Positions 48,271-58,337 of a stretch of 64,000 nucleotides of DNA are shown one piece after another. The position numbers were made by a program, and so were the translations under genes. Source of the DNA: Candidatus Nanohaloarchaea archaeon. Its GTDB lineage: Archaea > Nanohalarchaeota > Nanosalinia > Nanosalinales > Nanosalinaceae. The DNA lies in assembly GCA_014297435.1 (NCBI GenBank), contig JACOQA010000003.1, positions 143,460 through 207,459 on the forward strand. The letters run 5' to 3'. The notes under the pieces are model-generated. The model ran no database searches, had not been told where the DNA came from, and saw nothing but the letters and a program-made list of their open reading frames with translations. Position 1 is the stretch's first letter. Every line of letters starts with the position of its first letter.

Positions 48271-48353
48271 GCGAGGGTAGCCAAGTGGTCAAAGGCGCAG
48301 CGTTGAGGGCGCTGTCCTGTAGAGGTTCCGGGGTTCAAATCCTCGCCCTCGCA
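48271..48353 (+). tRNA. tRNA-Leu(GAG)
   Basis: Anticodon arm CAGCG-TT-GAG-GG-CGCTG; variable arm. Confidence 0.95.
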
Positions 48354-48455
48354 TTTCTAAATATAGTTTCTTCCAAGAACGACTTTAGATGTCTGAAAAC
48401 TATCGGTTAATTATCCAGTTTTACATTCAATTCCCTACAATTGTTATTCGGATGT

Positions 48456-50060
48456 ATGACGTCAAAACCGGATAAGATCGAAGTTCTCGACAGAACTGTA
48501 GTTCTTCTCGGAATAGTCTACCTGTTCGTCGCGTTTGGCACGCATGGAACAGCTTTCCTACCGGACATTTCTCACGGACTCGACCTGGATTTTGACGATG
48601 ACAATCTTTCCACCACCTCAGAGTTACTGGACTACTCGACCGACCCGTTCAACCCGGATACCGACTCTGACGGATTGATTGACGGTAGAGAAGTATCTAT
48701 CGGAACATCACCCACAAACAACGATACTGACAACGACAGTTTAACTGATTTTAAGGAAACTAAGATTTCGTCTTCACCACTAGAGAAAGATACGGACAAG
48801 GACGGAGTAAACGATGGAAAGGAAGTGAAGATAGGAACAACTCCTTCGAAAAAAGATTCGGATTCTGACGGTTTAGACGATGGCGAGGAGCTGGAGACCG
48901 GCACAGACCCATTAAACGAGGATACAGATAGAGATAACCTGACAGACAGCAGAGAGTTAGAACTGGGCATAAACCCTAAACGAAAAGATACTGATAACGA
49001 TGGTCTAGAAGATGGCGAGGAAATTAAGAGAGGCACTGAACCTGCAAAAACTGATACAGACAATGATGGAGTTGAAGACGGTAAAGAGGTTGAGAAAGGT
49101 CTAGATCCGAAAGATGACGATACTGATTCTGACGGGCTTGAAGATGGACAAGAAATAGAAGAAGGAACCGACCCTTTAGATCCTGACAGCGATTCGGACG
49201 GCTTGGAGGATGGAGAAGAAATGGAAGTAGGAACAGATCCTTTGAAATCCGATACCGATGAGGATTTGCTTGATGATGGTAGAGAAACCGAGCTAGCTAC
49301 AGATCCTTTGAACCCTGATACGGACGGCGACAAACTTATCGATGGAGTTGAAAAAAGGATAGAGACTTCTCCTCTGATCAGCGATACCGACGAGGACAAG
49401 ATACCGGATGGCGCAGAACTTTCAGAATCGGCTCCTTACCCTGACGCGGATCCTCAGAAACATGACATCTATGTTGAAGTTGATTGGATGGAGGGCTGTG
49501 ATCCTGAGGATTACGGTCTTGATGAACTGAAAGAAGTGTTCGAAAAGAGAGGTTATAAACTGCATATCGTTGAAAGCAACGAGCTTGCTGCCAGAGACCG
49601 GATCGACCCTGAAACCATCAAAGAGATCGCAAGAGACAATTTCGATAATAATAACAAAGGATATCACTATGCTATAGCCTCCAGAGATGTTTACAGCGAT
49701 GGAGATTCAGTTGGAGGAGTAGCGCTCTATGATAGACCTTACTTCGCGTTCGAGCCCTGTGGAAGCGAATACAGCCAGGATGATTGGGTTGAAAAATCGG
49801 GAAGAAGCACTTTTGCACATGAACTGGGACACTCCCTCGGTCTAGGTTCAGGAGTCTTCGAGGGCATTGATTCGGAAAAGATTTCTTTCGACAGCTACAG
49901 AAGTGTGATGAACTACAACGCACCCTTCGATTACGTGGAGTTCAGTCCTGGCGAACCGTTCGATGACTGGCAGAAACTGGAAGATGAGATGGTCATACCG
50001 CCTATAATCAATCTTGACTATAAAGTTGACAGTCAGAGAGTGCTTAGAGAATATGAATAA
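48456..50060 (+). CDS. Membrane-anchored protein with Ca-binding DxDxDG (TSP3-like) repeats and C-terminal zinc metalloprotease domain
   Basis: N-terminal TM; ~23-aa repeats DTDxDGLxDGxE...GTDP; HELGHSLGL and Met-turn SVMNY. Confidence 0.85.
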   Translation: MTSKPDKIEVLDRTVVLLGIVYLFVAFGTHGTAFLPDISHGLDLDFDDDNLSTTSELLDYSTDPFNPDTDSDGLIDGREVSIGTSPTNNDTDNDSLTDFKETKISSSPLEKDTDKDGVNDGKEVKIGTTPSKKDSDSDGLDDGEELETGTDPLNEDTDRDNLTDSRELELGINPKRKDTDNDGLEDGEEIKRGTEPAKTDTDNDGVEDGKEVEKGLDPKDDDTDSDGLEDGQEIEEGTDPLDPDSDSDGLEDGEEMEVGTDPLKSDTDEDLLDDGRETELATDPLNPDTDGDKLIDGVEKRIETSPLISDTDEDKIPDGAELSESAPYPDADPQKHDIYVEVDWMEGCDPEDYGLDELKEVFEKRGYKLHIVESNELAARDRIDPETIKEIARDNFDNNNKGYHYAIASRDVYSDGDSVGGVALYDRPYFAFEPCGSEYSQDDWVEKSGRSTFAHELGHSLGLGSGVFEGIDSEKISFDSYRSVMNYNAPFDYVEFSPGEPFDDWQKLEDEMVIPPIINLDYKVDSQRVLREYE

Positions 50061-50076
50061 AGAAGGGAAAGAAAGG

Positions 50077-50937
50077 TTAGCCGAAGATTCCGTTCAGAAG
50101 GTTCTGGACGAATCCTGGTCTGTTTGAGTTACTGTTTCCTGAAGGTCCTTTAGATCCTGTTTCCGCTTCAACCTCAACTTCTGTTCTGTTAACTTCGACT
50201 TCTGCTTCAACATCTGTGTCGTTTCCTTCACGTTCGATCTCTACATCAGCTCTTCCATTATTGCTTGAATTCCTTACTTCTCTAGCTCTATCACTGGCCT
50301 GTTCTGGAAGCTCTTCTCTTTCCCCATTTTCTGAGCGGAGCTCTCTAAGTTCTTCCTGAAGATCTCTAACTTTTTCTTCAAGTTCCTGAATTCTTTCTCT
50401 TGCTTCCTCCATGTTCTCTACTTCTTCCGTTTCTGTCTCGTTTGTTTCTCTTTCTGATTCGATCTCTTCTTCAAGCCGGAAAACTTCCCCGGATGATCCG
50501 TCAACTCTTACTTCGGCTTCTGCATCCATGCCGGAGATCATAAACTCGAACTTGTAGTAACCTTCTTCCTCCGTTGAAGATTCTTCAAGTTCCCATCTGT
50601 CACTTGAAAGAGCATCTGTCGCTTTCTGGAGTGCGTCTTCTTCGCTGACAGTTATCTCTGTGCTGTTGTCTGTGTCTCTCTCTATTTCGCGTTCTCCTTC
50701 CGTCTCTTCTTCATCTCTTTCGCGTTCTCGCTCTCTTTCTTCATTTTCTTCTGTATCTTCTATCTCGTTCTCTTCATCCTCGGTCTCTTCCTCTTCTTCA
50801 TCTTCTGTCTCATCATCTGAATCGTCCTCAGGCTCATCAATTGTCTGGTTATCAGGACCTGAGTCCTGAGCCATTGTCGGCGCGACCGCTAGCATTAAAG
50901 CCAACGCGAGCACCAAAGTCTTGGTTGTTGATTTCAT
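50077..50937 (-). CDS. Secreted acidic protein with PepSY-like domain
   Basis: Signal peptide; VSEEDALQKA...YKFEF...EVRVDGSSGEV. Confidence 0.75.
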   Translation of the reverse strand: MKSTTKTLVLALALMLAVAPTMAQDSGPDNQTIDEPEDDSDDETEDEEEEETEDEENEIEDTEENEERERERERDEEETEGEREIERDTDNSTEITVSEEDALQKATDALSSDRWELEESSTEEEGYYKFEFMISGMDAEAEVRVDGSSGEVFRLEEEIESERETNETETEEVENMEEARERIQELEEKVRDLQEELRELRSENGEREELPEQASDRAREVRNSSNNGRADVEIEREGNDTDVEAEVEVNRTEVEVEAETGSKGPSGNSNSNRPGFVQNLLNGIFG

Positions 50938-50981
50938 TGTAAGAAAGAAATGGGCAGAGTTAGTTGAAAAAATAAAAGGTA

Positions 50982-52196
50982 TCAGGAGATAAGTCCCCTG
51001 ATTCTATCCCTGAAATAAAAACCAGCTCCAACAACAACTAAAACTACTACGGCAGGTATCAAAGGTGTTGAAGAATCGTTGGATTCACTTTTAGAGACAG
51101 TGCTTTTTACTGTCGTGTCTTCTACGTAGACCTGTGTGTCTTTAACACCTCTGATCTCGAAGTCAAGAAGGTAGTCCTTAGCTACTGCACCGGTTTCCGT
51201 CTCTACTTCGAATACAGCTGTTCCGGTCTGATTAGGCTCCAATGTTCCGATGTACTTGCTTGATGAACTGTAGCTGAAAGGTAGGTCAGCCGAGTCAAGA
51301 ACTCTAATTCTCGTGGAGGAAGATTTCTCCGACCCTATATTCCTCAACTCTATCTTGAGCTGCTCTGTGCTGCCTGTTTTCAACTTGCTCTCGACGTTGA
51401 CTACTTCGAACCTTGGTTTCCCTGCCAGGTTGAAACCAAATTCAGTTTCTTCAGTAATCCTGGATGTTGACTGACTGCTATCTGTCGAATAAGCGATGTC
51501 TGTAGGGATCTGGATGCCTCCTACTTCAGCGCCCGGTTTTACATCGAAGTTGAAGCTTGCAGGTTTGACCTGTCCTGGCTGGATGTTGCCCAGTGCCTGT
51601 CTTGTTGAGAAGCTTGAGGTCTGTTCGAAGCCTTCCGGCAGATCAATGTTCAAAACCACGTTTTCAGCGGTTTTCTCCCCATTGTTTACGACCTCGAGAG
51701 TCATTTTTGCGTCTTCCGTGTCCGGTGTAAGCGTTGATGGAGAGGTCTTGAGGTTTGCCAGGTTCAACTCGATGTTTTGACTCTGGATCTGTACAGGGAC
51801 TTCTCTCGTTATTGATACGTCTCCCTGAGTTATCTTCAGTTTCAGATCGTTCATCCCGTCAGGTGCGTTATCAGCGACCAATAGTTCGGTTGAGATCTGG
51901 TACTCCTGTCCTGGAACTATGTTCCCTAGGGAGTGGTTTCGCTTCCTATCCGGCTTTAGTTCGAACGGGAAGGAGTCCACGATCTGTACTTTGACGTCTT
52001 TGGCTTCCGTGTTACCAGTGTTCCTTATTTTGAGGTTTATCTCTGCGTCTTCACCTGACTGAACAGGAACAGGATCCGTGTTAATTATTGATGGTTGTAT
52101 CTGTGTTGATGCTCTGTCGGATGTCGTTGTTTGCGCGGCGGCTCCTCCGACAAGAAGCAGTACCGCTGCCAGAATTGTGATTGTTTTCGTTTTCAT
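50982..52196 (-). CDS. COG1361 S-layer-family Ig-repeat protein
   Basis: Signal peptide, three N.G...A..V Ig/CARDB repeats, C-terminal TM. Confidence 0.85.
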   Translation of the reverse strand: MKTKTITILAAVLLLVGGAAAQTTTSDRASTQIQPSIINTDPVPVQSGEDAEINLKIRNTGNTEAKDVKVQIVDSFPFELKPDRKRNHSLGNIVPGQEYQISTELLVADNAPDGMNDLKLKITQGDVSITREVPVQIQSQNIELNLANLKTSPSTLTPDTEDAKMTLEVVNNGEKTAENVVLNIDLPEGFEQTSSFSTRQALGNIQPGQVKPASFNFDVKPGAEVGGIQIPTDIAYSTDSSQSTSRITEETEFGFNLAGKPRFEVVNVESKLKTGSTEQLKIELRNIGSEKSSSTRIRVLDSADLPFSYSSSSKYIGTLEPNQTGTAVFEVETETGAVAKDYLLDFEIRGVKDTQVYVEDTTVKSTVSKSESNDSSTPLIPAVVVLVVVGAGFYFRDRIRGLIS

Positions 52197-53383
52197 TCTT
52201 GTGTTTCACCTTTAGCATTAATTTTGGACTTAAGTTTGGATAGAGTAAAGTTTTCAGTTCCGAAAGTGAAGTAGCGATCCCATATAACTAAGGCTGGAGG
52301 GATTACCGTAAATGCTGAGATGTAAGCCATTGTAGTTGTAAGTGTGAGCAGTGTGCCAAGATCTGAGAGGAACGTCACCCTTCCCACATTTAGTGAAAGG
52401 AATCCTATGTTTGCTGCAACTAAACCAACCGTCATAGGTGTTATAACACCTTTTATGGTTTCTTCCATCGATTTTTCGATTTCAAACGATTCTCTTTCCT
52501 CTATGTATCTTGCGATCGGCTGTATACCGAAGTCTATCGCCACACCGATACCCATAGTCAAAGCGCCTGAAGTAGCAGGACTCATGTTCAGACCTAGGTA
52601 GCCGAAGATTCCGAAACCGGTTGCAATACCGAAAATAAGGGTTAGCAGAGAGGTCATTCCGTAGAATATAGACCTGAAGAGAATTATAACAACCGCTATC
52701 ACTCCTAGGACTGCCACTATACCTGTTATTTGCATAGTCTGCTGCGTCTGGTTCTGGAAAGCTTGGTCGATGTAAGGTTGACCGGTATACGTTATTTCTA
52801 GACCTGCCGGCTTATCATGAACCCTTACTGTCTGCCTAATCATGTTAGCTACCTCGGTTTTTTCTCCGTTCGACAGCTCGTACGTGTTGATTTCTATTTT
52901 TCCGGCAGAGTAGTCCTCAGTTATATATTGACCCCATCTCTGCGATCCCAGTTGCTGGAAAAGTTCACGTGAATCGGAGATACCTGAAGGAATATCTTTA
53001 AACAGATCCGACGGGCTCGAAACTGTCTGAATCTCATCTACCATACTTAGATCGTTCGATACTGACTGGAAAAATCTTAATGCTTCTGGATCCCTTAGGT
53101 CCCTTACTTCAGTGGAGTTGGCACTTGAGGGACTTGTTTCAGCGAGCACAGTATATCTTGTGCCAGAGCTACTGGAGAACTCGGCTCCAATTCTGTCATA
53201 AGCTGCCATAACCGGGATTGAATCAGGTAAAATATCTTCCTGGCTCATCTCCTCTGTCTGAACCATGGAGGCGCCGGAGGCTAGCAAGAAAGCAGCTATA
53301 AGTGCTACTGTCAAGACTTTTACCGGGTTATCCTCTAAGAGGTTTGCGTAGCTTTCGAGCGCGGATTCAACTTTTCCATTCAT
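52193..53383 (-). CDS. RND/MMPL family transporter, half-size
   Basis: One TM, large loop, five TMs; GIGVAIDFGI. Confidence 0.88.
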   Translation of the reverse strand: MNGKVESALESYANLLEDNPVKVLTVALIAAFLLASGASMVQTEEMSQEDILPDSIPVMAAYDRIGAEFSSSSGTRYTVLAETSPSSANSTEVRDLRDPEALRFFQSVSNDLSMVDEIQTVSSPSDLFKDIPSGISDSRELFQQLGSQRWGQYITEDYSAGKIEINTYELSNGEKTEVANMIRQTVRVHDKPAGLEITYTGQPYIDQAFQNQTQQTMQITGIVAVLGVIAVVIILFRSIFYGMTSLLTLIFGIATGFGIFGYLGLNMSPATSGALTMGIGVAIDFGIQPIARYIEERESFEIEKSMEETIKGVITPMTVGLVAANIGFLSLNVGRVTFLSDLGTLLTLTTTMAYISAFTVIPPALVIWDRYFTFGTENFTLSKLKSKINAKGETQE

Positions 53384-54477
53384 TCCTTATCACCCTTCCA
53401 TCTCTCGTATTTTACGATTAGAGCCGGCGTTAGTAGAAGTGCTGCAGCCAAAGTCAACGCCTCTCCCAATGCAAGCGTTAAACCTAGATCCTGCATAAAT
53501 GAGATTGATGCGAGCAGCAGCGCCAGAAAGCCAACCAGATCAGTCATTGAGGATCCGAGAATTGCTCTTCCGGTATTAGGAACTGCTGTCATAATTCCTT
53601 CTTCTACGCCGTTTTCCTCTGTTTCCTCTACTATTCTTTCTGCGATAAATGATCCGTATTCGACGCCTAGACCTAGTAGCATGGATCCTATAGCGATGGT
53701 TGCTATGGTCATCGGGATGCCTAGGAGACCCATGGCGCCCATCGCCCAGAGAAGACCGATAAATAATGGGGCGAATGTTGCTGTTCCGTAAACAATACCT
53801 CTTACAGCCATGAGAAGAATCCATATCAGTAGTGAGGCGAGTGCGATTATCGTAACAGTATCAGATATTAGTACATCGGAAAGAGTACTTCTCATTACAG
53901 GAACTCCTGTGGTCTGAATATCTATTCCCGGGTACTTCGGCGATTGTTGTATATTTTCCTGTATAATATTTGTGGCGCTCTTTATGTTCTCTTCTGTCAT
54001 GTCGTTTGAGAGCTGTATGTACATAGTTGTCGCCGTGTAATCTCTGTTAGCGAAACTAGCAGAGGATCTTTCGAGAACCTGTTTAACTTCCTCTCCGGAC
54101 GAAGGGTTTTCGTTGAAAAGCATAGCCATCGAATTGACGGAGCTTATCGCAGGTTCATTCTGAAGCTCTTTCTCTAAGAAATTGAGTGTCCGTATCATTC
54201 TCGGATCCCGGACATCCGTTACATAGTTTTCCTCGAGACTTTCCTTGTTGGTCTCAAAAAGAACTATTATAGAGTCAGGGCTACCAAAATTGGATTCGAC
54301 TTTGTCTTGTGCCTCTATTGCAGGTATGTCATCCGGCAGACTTGACTGGAAGTCTGTCTGTAGCTGTATCTGTGGAAGACCTGCTGCAAGTACTAGTGTA
54401 AGCATGCCGCAGAACGCGATAATCTTGTTCGTATGTTCTAGGTGTGCTTCCGCCAGCATTTCTAGAGGCGACTTCAT
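53380..54477 (-). CDS. RND/MMPL family transporter, half-size
   Basis: LGLGVEYG, TGRAILGS..T..VGF.AL. Confidence 0.88.
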   Translation of the reverse strand: MKSPLEMLAEAHLEHTNKIIAFCGMLTLVLAAGLPQIQLQTDFQSSLPDDIPAIEAQDKVESNFGSPDSIIVLFETNKESLEENYVTDVRDPRMIRTLNFLEKELQNEPAISSVNSMAMLFNENPSSGEEVKQVLERSSASFANRDYTATTMYIQLSNDMTEENIKSATNIIQENIQQSPKYPGIDIQTTGVPVMRSTLSDVLISDTVTIIALASLLIWILLMAVRGIVYGTATFAPLFIGLLWAMGAMGLLGIPMTIATIAIGSMLLGLGVEYGSFIAERIVEETEENGVEEGIMTAVPNTGRAILGSSMTDLVGFLALLLASISFMQDLGLTLALGEALTLAAALLLTPALIVKYERWKGDKE

Positions 54478-54514
54478 CAACATTAAGTTATTCTGTAGCC
54501 CAACCTTATAAATC

Positions 54515-54530
54515 CTGAACGATCGTTCAG
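54515..54530. promoter_or_regulatory. Perfect palindrome CTGAACGATCGTTCAG, putative TetR operator
   Basis: Adjacent to the RND operon TATA (54505-54512, minus strand); a related site precedes tetR. Confidence 0.65.
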
Positions 54531-54569
54531 CATCCCAAGTTTCTTACACATCCAATATTAGTAAGTCGT

Positions 54570-55568
54570 GTGAACCGGCAAAGAAATTTCCTAATACTAC
54601 TCATTGGGATATCATTTCTGTTAATCGGAATGATGCTTGCACCTTATGCAGCCTATATTCTGATGGGTCTTCTGCTAGCCTATGTCGGAATGCCGCTTCA
54701 CAAGAAACTTACAAAACATATTTCAGGAGGATTTTCAGCAGGCGCCATAATTATACTAACTGTTCTGGCAGCAGTTATACCTGTCGGATTGATGGCAGGA
54801 AAAGTAGTTACAGATGCACAGGATGTTCTTGAAGACTCCCAAAACCTAGGGATTGACTTTGATCCTATAGAAAGAGAACTAGAGAGTTTAACGGGTAGAG
54901 ACTACGAGATAGATGACGGTGTTGAAAGGATTACCCAAAGAGCCACCTCCTGGATAACAGGAAGCCTATCAGGCATAATAGGCTTTGCCTCAGGCTTAGC
55001 TATAGGATTAACTATGATGTTTTTCTCCATGTTCTACGGTCTGAAAGACGGAAAGAGAGTGAAGTCGTGGACCAAGAGTCTCGACATAATGCCTCAGGAC
55101 ATACAGGAAGAGCTATACAGGAAAACAGGTAGAACCACGATGGCAGTGGTGAAGGGTCACGTCATTGTGGCAATAGCACAAGGCATAATAACCGGTATAG
55201 GCCTTTGGTTGGCTGGAGTACCTAACATCGGCTTCTGGACTCTTGCCATGATATTCCTTGGGTTCATACCTCTAGTAGGCACCATGTTGGTCTGGGTGCC
55301 AGCCTCTGCATGGCTGGTACTTACCGCTCAGATACCTCAGGCAGCCTTCCTCGTAGCATGGGGGCTAATAGTTGTGGGCGCCGTGGATAACGTCTTGAGA
55401 CCTTACCTGGTTGACGAAGAAGTCAATGTGCATCCGATATATGTTTTGTTCGGAGTTATTGGTGGAATCAGTGCTTTCGGAATCATAGGTCTTTTCCTAG
55501 GACCTGTAATTTTCGGGGTTTCGAAGAACCTCCTACAAGTCTATGCTGAGAAATACGACGCCCTCTGA
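54570..55568 (+). CDS. AI-2E (PerM/UPF0118) family transporter
   Basis: FY.LKDG, IP.VG...VWVP, VDNVLRP, G...FG..GLFLGP. Confidence 0.92.
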   Translation: MNRQRNFLILLIGISFLLIGMMLAPYAAYILMGLLLAYVGMPLHKKLTKHISGGFSAGAIIILTVLAAVIPVGLMAGKVVTDAQDVLEDSQNLGIDFDPIERELESLTGRDYEIDDGVERITQRATSWITGSLSGIIGFASGLAIGLTMMFFSMFYGLKDGKRVKSWTKSLDIMPQDIQEELYRKTGRTTMAVVKGHVIVAIAQGIITGIGLWLAGVPNIGFWTLAMIFLGFIPLVGTMLVWVPASAWLVLTAQIPQAAFLVAWGLIVVGAVDNVLRPYLVDEEVNVHPIYVLFGVIGGISAFGIIGLFLGPVIFGVSKNLLQVYAEKYDAL

Positions 55569-55611
55569 AGTTTTTAAACTGGGAATTTAAACAGGTAGAC
55601 AGGTTATAGTC

Positions 55612-56289
55612 GTGGAGAGAACGATCGAAGTTAAACAGCTTGAGAAAAGCTTCGGGGAGAAAAAAGCACTTACAGACATATCTTTTAACGTAGATGAAGC
55701 TGAGATAGTAGGTTTTCTCGGTCCAAACGGAGCCGGAAAGTCCACCACAATACAGATACTTACAGGGCAGATAGGAAGAGACTCAGGAGAAGTAAAAGTC
55801 CTGAATCTAGACCCTGAAAAGGAATCAGTTAATCTACGTGAAAAAATCGGCATTTTGCCGGAAAGAGAGGACCCTCCAAGCTTCTTGACAGGAAACGAGT
55901 ACCTAGACTTCGTCTCTGATATAAGAGAAGAGGAGATAGATAAGGACGAGTGGATTGAAAGACTTAGGATGGAAGGGAAGATGGATCGTCTTACACAAGA
56001 TCTGTCAAAGGGCGAAAGGCAGAAACTCCTGATTGCACAAGCCTTTTTCCACAATCCAGAGATCGTGTTTATCGATGAGCCTATGATCAATCTTGACCCG
56101 GTTATACAGGAAGAGGTCAAGACCATTTTTAAAGAGTTTGATGGAACAGTCTTTCTCTGCACCCACAACGTCGATCTAGCCGGAGAGGTATGCGACACAG
56201 TATACTTCATTGAGGACGGAGAGGTTACCGAGAAGCATGAAAACACGGATGAGTTGAAACAGAAGTTTCTTGATGCCTATGATTACTAA
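55612..56289 (+). CDS. ABC transporter ATP-binding protein
   Basis: GPNGAGKST, LSKGERQ, IDEP, TH. Confidence 0.95.
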   Translation: MERTIEVKQLEKSFGEKKALTDISFNVDEAEIVGFLGPNGAGKSTTIQILTGQIGRDSGEVKVLNLDPEKESVNLREKIGILPEREDPPSFLTGNEYLDFVSDIREEEIDKDEWIERLRMEGKMDRLTQDLSKGERQKLLIAQAFFHNPEIVFIDEPMINLDPVIQEEVKTIFKEFDGTVFLCTHNVDLAGEVCDTVYFIEDGEVTEKHENTDELKQKFLDAYDY

Positions 56290-57436
56290 GAAGATGTTGA
56301 AGGAGGAGTGGCGTATGCATTCCAAGCTCTTCTCGGGAAGATCCTTCGCTGCTTTCCCGCTGATAATACTGGCTATATCGTTTTCAGCTTCTTACATACT
56401 AACTAACTTTTCTAGCCTAGGGATAGGAAGCCTAAACTGGTCTATCGGAGTTTTAGGAGTCTTTCTCGGGCTCTCTGTAGTTTCAATAGGTTTCTCATCA
56501 CGTGACGCCTTGAAAAATGTTCTCGGACCCGTGAACTTTCTTGTCTACTCTTCCAGAACTCTTCCGGTGAGCGAAAAACGTTTGCTAGCATCATTTCTGT
56601 TAAAAGATATTATTTACTACTTTTCGCTGTTCCTCGCACCGCTCTCAATAGGACTACTGCTGGGTTCAGGAATTCCCTCTCTCTATGGAGTGTTGCTAAT
56701 GCTTTTAGGTTTCCCTCTAGGTCTGTTCTTGGCAGTCTTGTTTACACGTTTCTCGCTAAAGCTGCCTATACCCGGAACCTCCTACAAGTCAAGAATTAAT
56801 CCGCTGGCGGAGAAGTCGGTTCTAGATGTTTCAAGGTCTTCAGGCGGATTATTGAAAATTGTGTTTTCGCTTGGTGTTTTAACCGGTTTTTACTGGTTTG
56901 TTGTATACTACTTTCCTCTTGCCGGACTCTTCCTGTCAAATCCGGTTTTATCTTTCAGCGTACTAATTGGAACAGTATCTCTTACGGTTTACAACTGGAT
57001 CAACCGTTTCGATTCGACAGAAGACTACATTTACCTGCCTTTGAACTCTCAAGACTTACTGAAAGCCAAGCAGGATACTTTCTTACTTGTCTCAATTCCT
57101 TTGACGACGATTTTCCTTCTTCTGCCTCTTCTTTATCACCCGACTAGTATTGAAATTGTTTTGCTTTCCTTAGCCTCCAGTTTCTGTCTGCAGGTATATA
57201 CTGTTGGAATGGCGTCTTACCTGACCGGCTTGAAGCCTAATTCGAGACTGTTCGACTCCAAGACCTTTGCCAAGTATATTTTGATGAATACGGGGGTCGC
57301 CCTTCCATTACTAGGTCTTTCAGTAGTTTACAGTCAGAGACTTACGTCACTGTTCCTTGTGGGACTTGGAGTTTCGGGTTTACTAGGCGTTTCTCTAGGT
57401 CGTCTGGCGGAGAGAAACCAGGAACGAACTAATTAA
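56279..57436 (+). CDS. ABC transporter permease (putative)
   Basis: Multi-TM protein coupled to the ATPase gene; KEEWRMHS..F.GR.F..FP. Confidence 0.75.
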   Translation: MITKKMLKEEWRMHSKLFSGRSFAAFPLIILAISFSASYILTNFSSLGIGSLNWSIGVLGVFLGLSVVSIGFSSRDALKNVLGPVNFLVYSSRTLPVSEKRLLASFLLKDIIYYFSLFLAPLSIGLLLGSGIPSLYGVLLMLLGFPLGLFLAVLFTRFSLKLPIPGTSYKSRINPLAEKSVLDVSRSSGGLLKIVFSLGVLTGFYWFVVYYFPLAGLFLSNPVLSFSVLIGTVSLTVYNWINRFDSTEDYIYLPLNSQDLLKAKQDTFLLVSIPLTTIFLLLPLLYHPTSIEIVLLSLASSFCLQVYTVGMASYLTGLKPNSRLFDSKTFAKYILMNTGVALPLLGLSVVYSQRLTSLFLVGLGVSGLLGVSLGRLAERNQERTN

Positions 57437-57441
57437 AAATT

Positions 57442-57455
57442 TGAACACGCATTCA
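57442..57455. promoter_or_regulatory. TGAAC-ACGC-ATTCA, putative TetR autoregulatory site
   Basis: Same half-sites and spacing as 54516-54529; between TATA and tetR ATG. Confidence 0.55.
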
Positions 57456-57463
57456 GTTACTTT

Positions 57464-58009
57464 ATGGGGCGGGAAGATTCGAAGCGACAGATAATGGACG
57501 CTACTTATAGAGCCCTGTGTAAACATGGTTACAGCGATCTTTCTATACAGCGGATTGCCGACGAGTTCGAGAAAGGAAAGTCTCTCATATACTACCATTA
57601 TAATGACAAGCAAGACCTGATGAACTCTTTCCTCGACCACATGATGGAGAGAATGGAGGAAGAAGACATGTTAAAAACCAGCAGATCAGCTGAAGAACAG
57701 TTTGACAGCTTATTAGACAAAACATTGGCGATAGAAGACGAGGAGATGTGGGAGTTCCGAAAAGCTCTAATGGAGATAGAGGCTCAAACACCTCACAACA
57801 AGGAATTAGCCGAGCGATTCAGGAAGATAGACAGAGTAGTAAAAGACAAGTTTGAGGAAGTACTAGCGGAAATGGATATTGAACGTCCGGAGGCAAAAGC
57901 GGAACTACTGATTTCAACTATCGATGGAATCATCAGCCGTAAAATGGGTCATGGAACTCCTAAAGACCTGGAAAAGATAAAGGAAGATATCAAGCAGACC
58001 TTCACCTGA
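57464..58009 (+). CDS. TetR/AcrR family regulator
   Basis: IMDATYRALCKHGYSDLSIQRIADE..K.KSLIYYHY..K. Confidence 0.93.
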   Translation: MGREDSKRQIMDATYRALCKHGYSDLSIQRIADEFEKGKSLIYYHYNDKQDLMNSFLDHMMERMEEEDMLKTSRSAEEQFDSLLDKTLAIEDEEMWEFRKALMEIEAQTPHNKELAERFRKIDRVVKDKFEEVLAEMDIERPEAKAELLISTIDGIISRKMGHGTPKDLEKIKEDIKQTFT

Positions 58010-58050
58010 GTACCTCTCTAACTTAAACAAAGAAAGCTCAACTTTTACTC

Positions 58051-58302
58051 ATGAGGAAACTCTTTTTCGCCGCAGCAAGTTTATTTTCAGTTTCCAACGC
58101 TTTTGCACATTCAGGATCTCACGGAGCCCAGAAAGCTGTAGAACAAACAGAGTGCTTAGGAGATTCTATCTGCCGCTCCGCAGTTGATGTGATGGGTTAC
58201 GATCTCTTCGGAACAGGTTGGTGGGGAATGATTATAGGGTTAATAGGTTGGAGCATTGTTCTTCTAACGCTTCTATATGCCTGGAAATTGTTTCAAGACT
58301 AG
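58051..58302 (+). CDS. Small exported/membrane protein
   Basis: Signal peptide AFAH..H; C-terminal TM. Confidence 0.65.
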   Translation: MRKLFFAAASLFSVSNAFAHSGSHGAQKAVEQTECLGDSICRSAVDVMGYDLFGTGWWGMIIGLIGWSIVLLTLLYAWKLFQD

Positions 58303-58337
58303 AGAATTAAAAACGGGGAGGAGAATATTTTAGCTAG

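Noticed and set aside
48600-49420. Periodic ~69-nt DNA repeats as a CRISPR array or tandem repeat
   Set aside because: They are degenerate coding repeats of the DxDxDG protein motif; no CRISPR array or cas genes were seen in the window.
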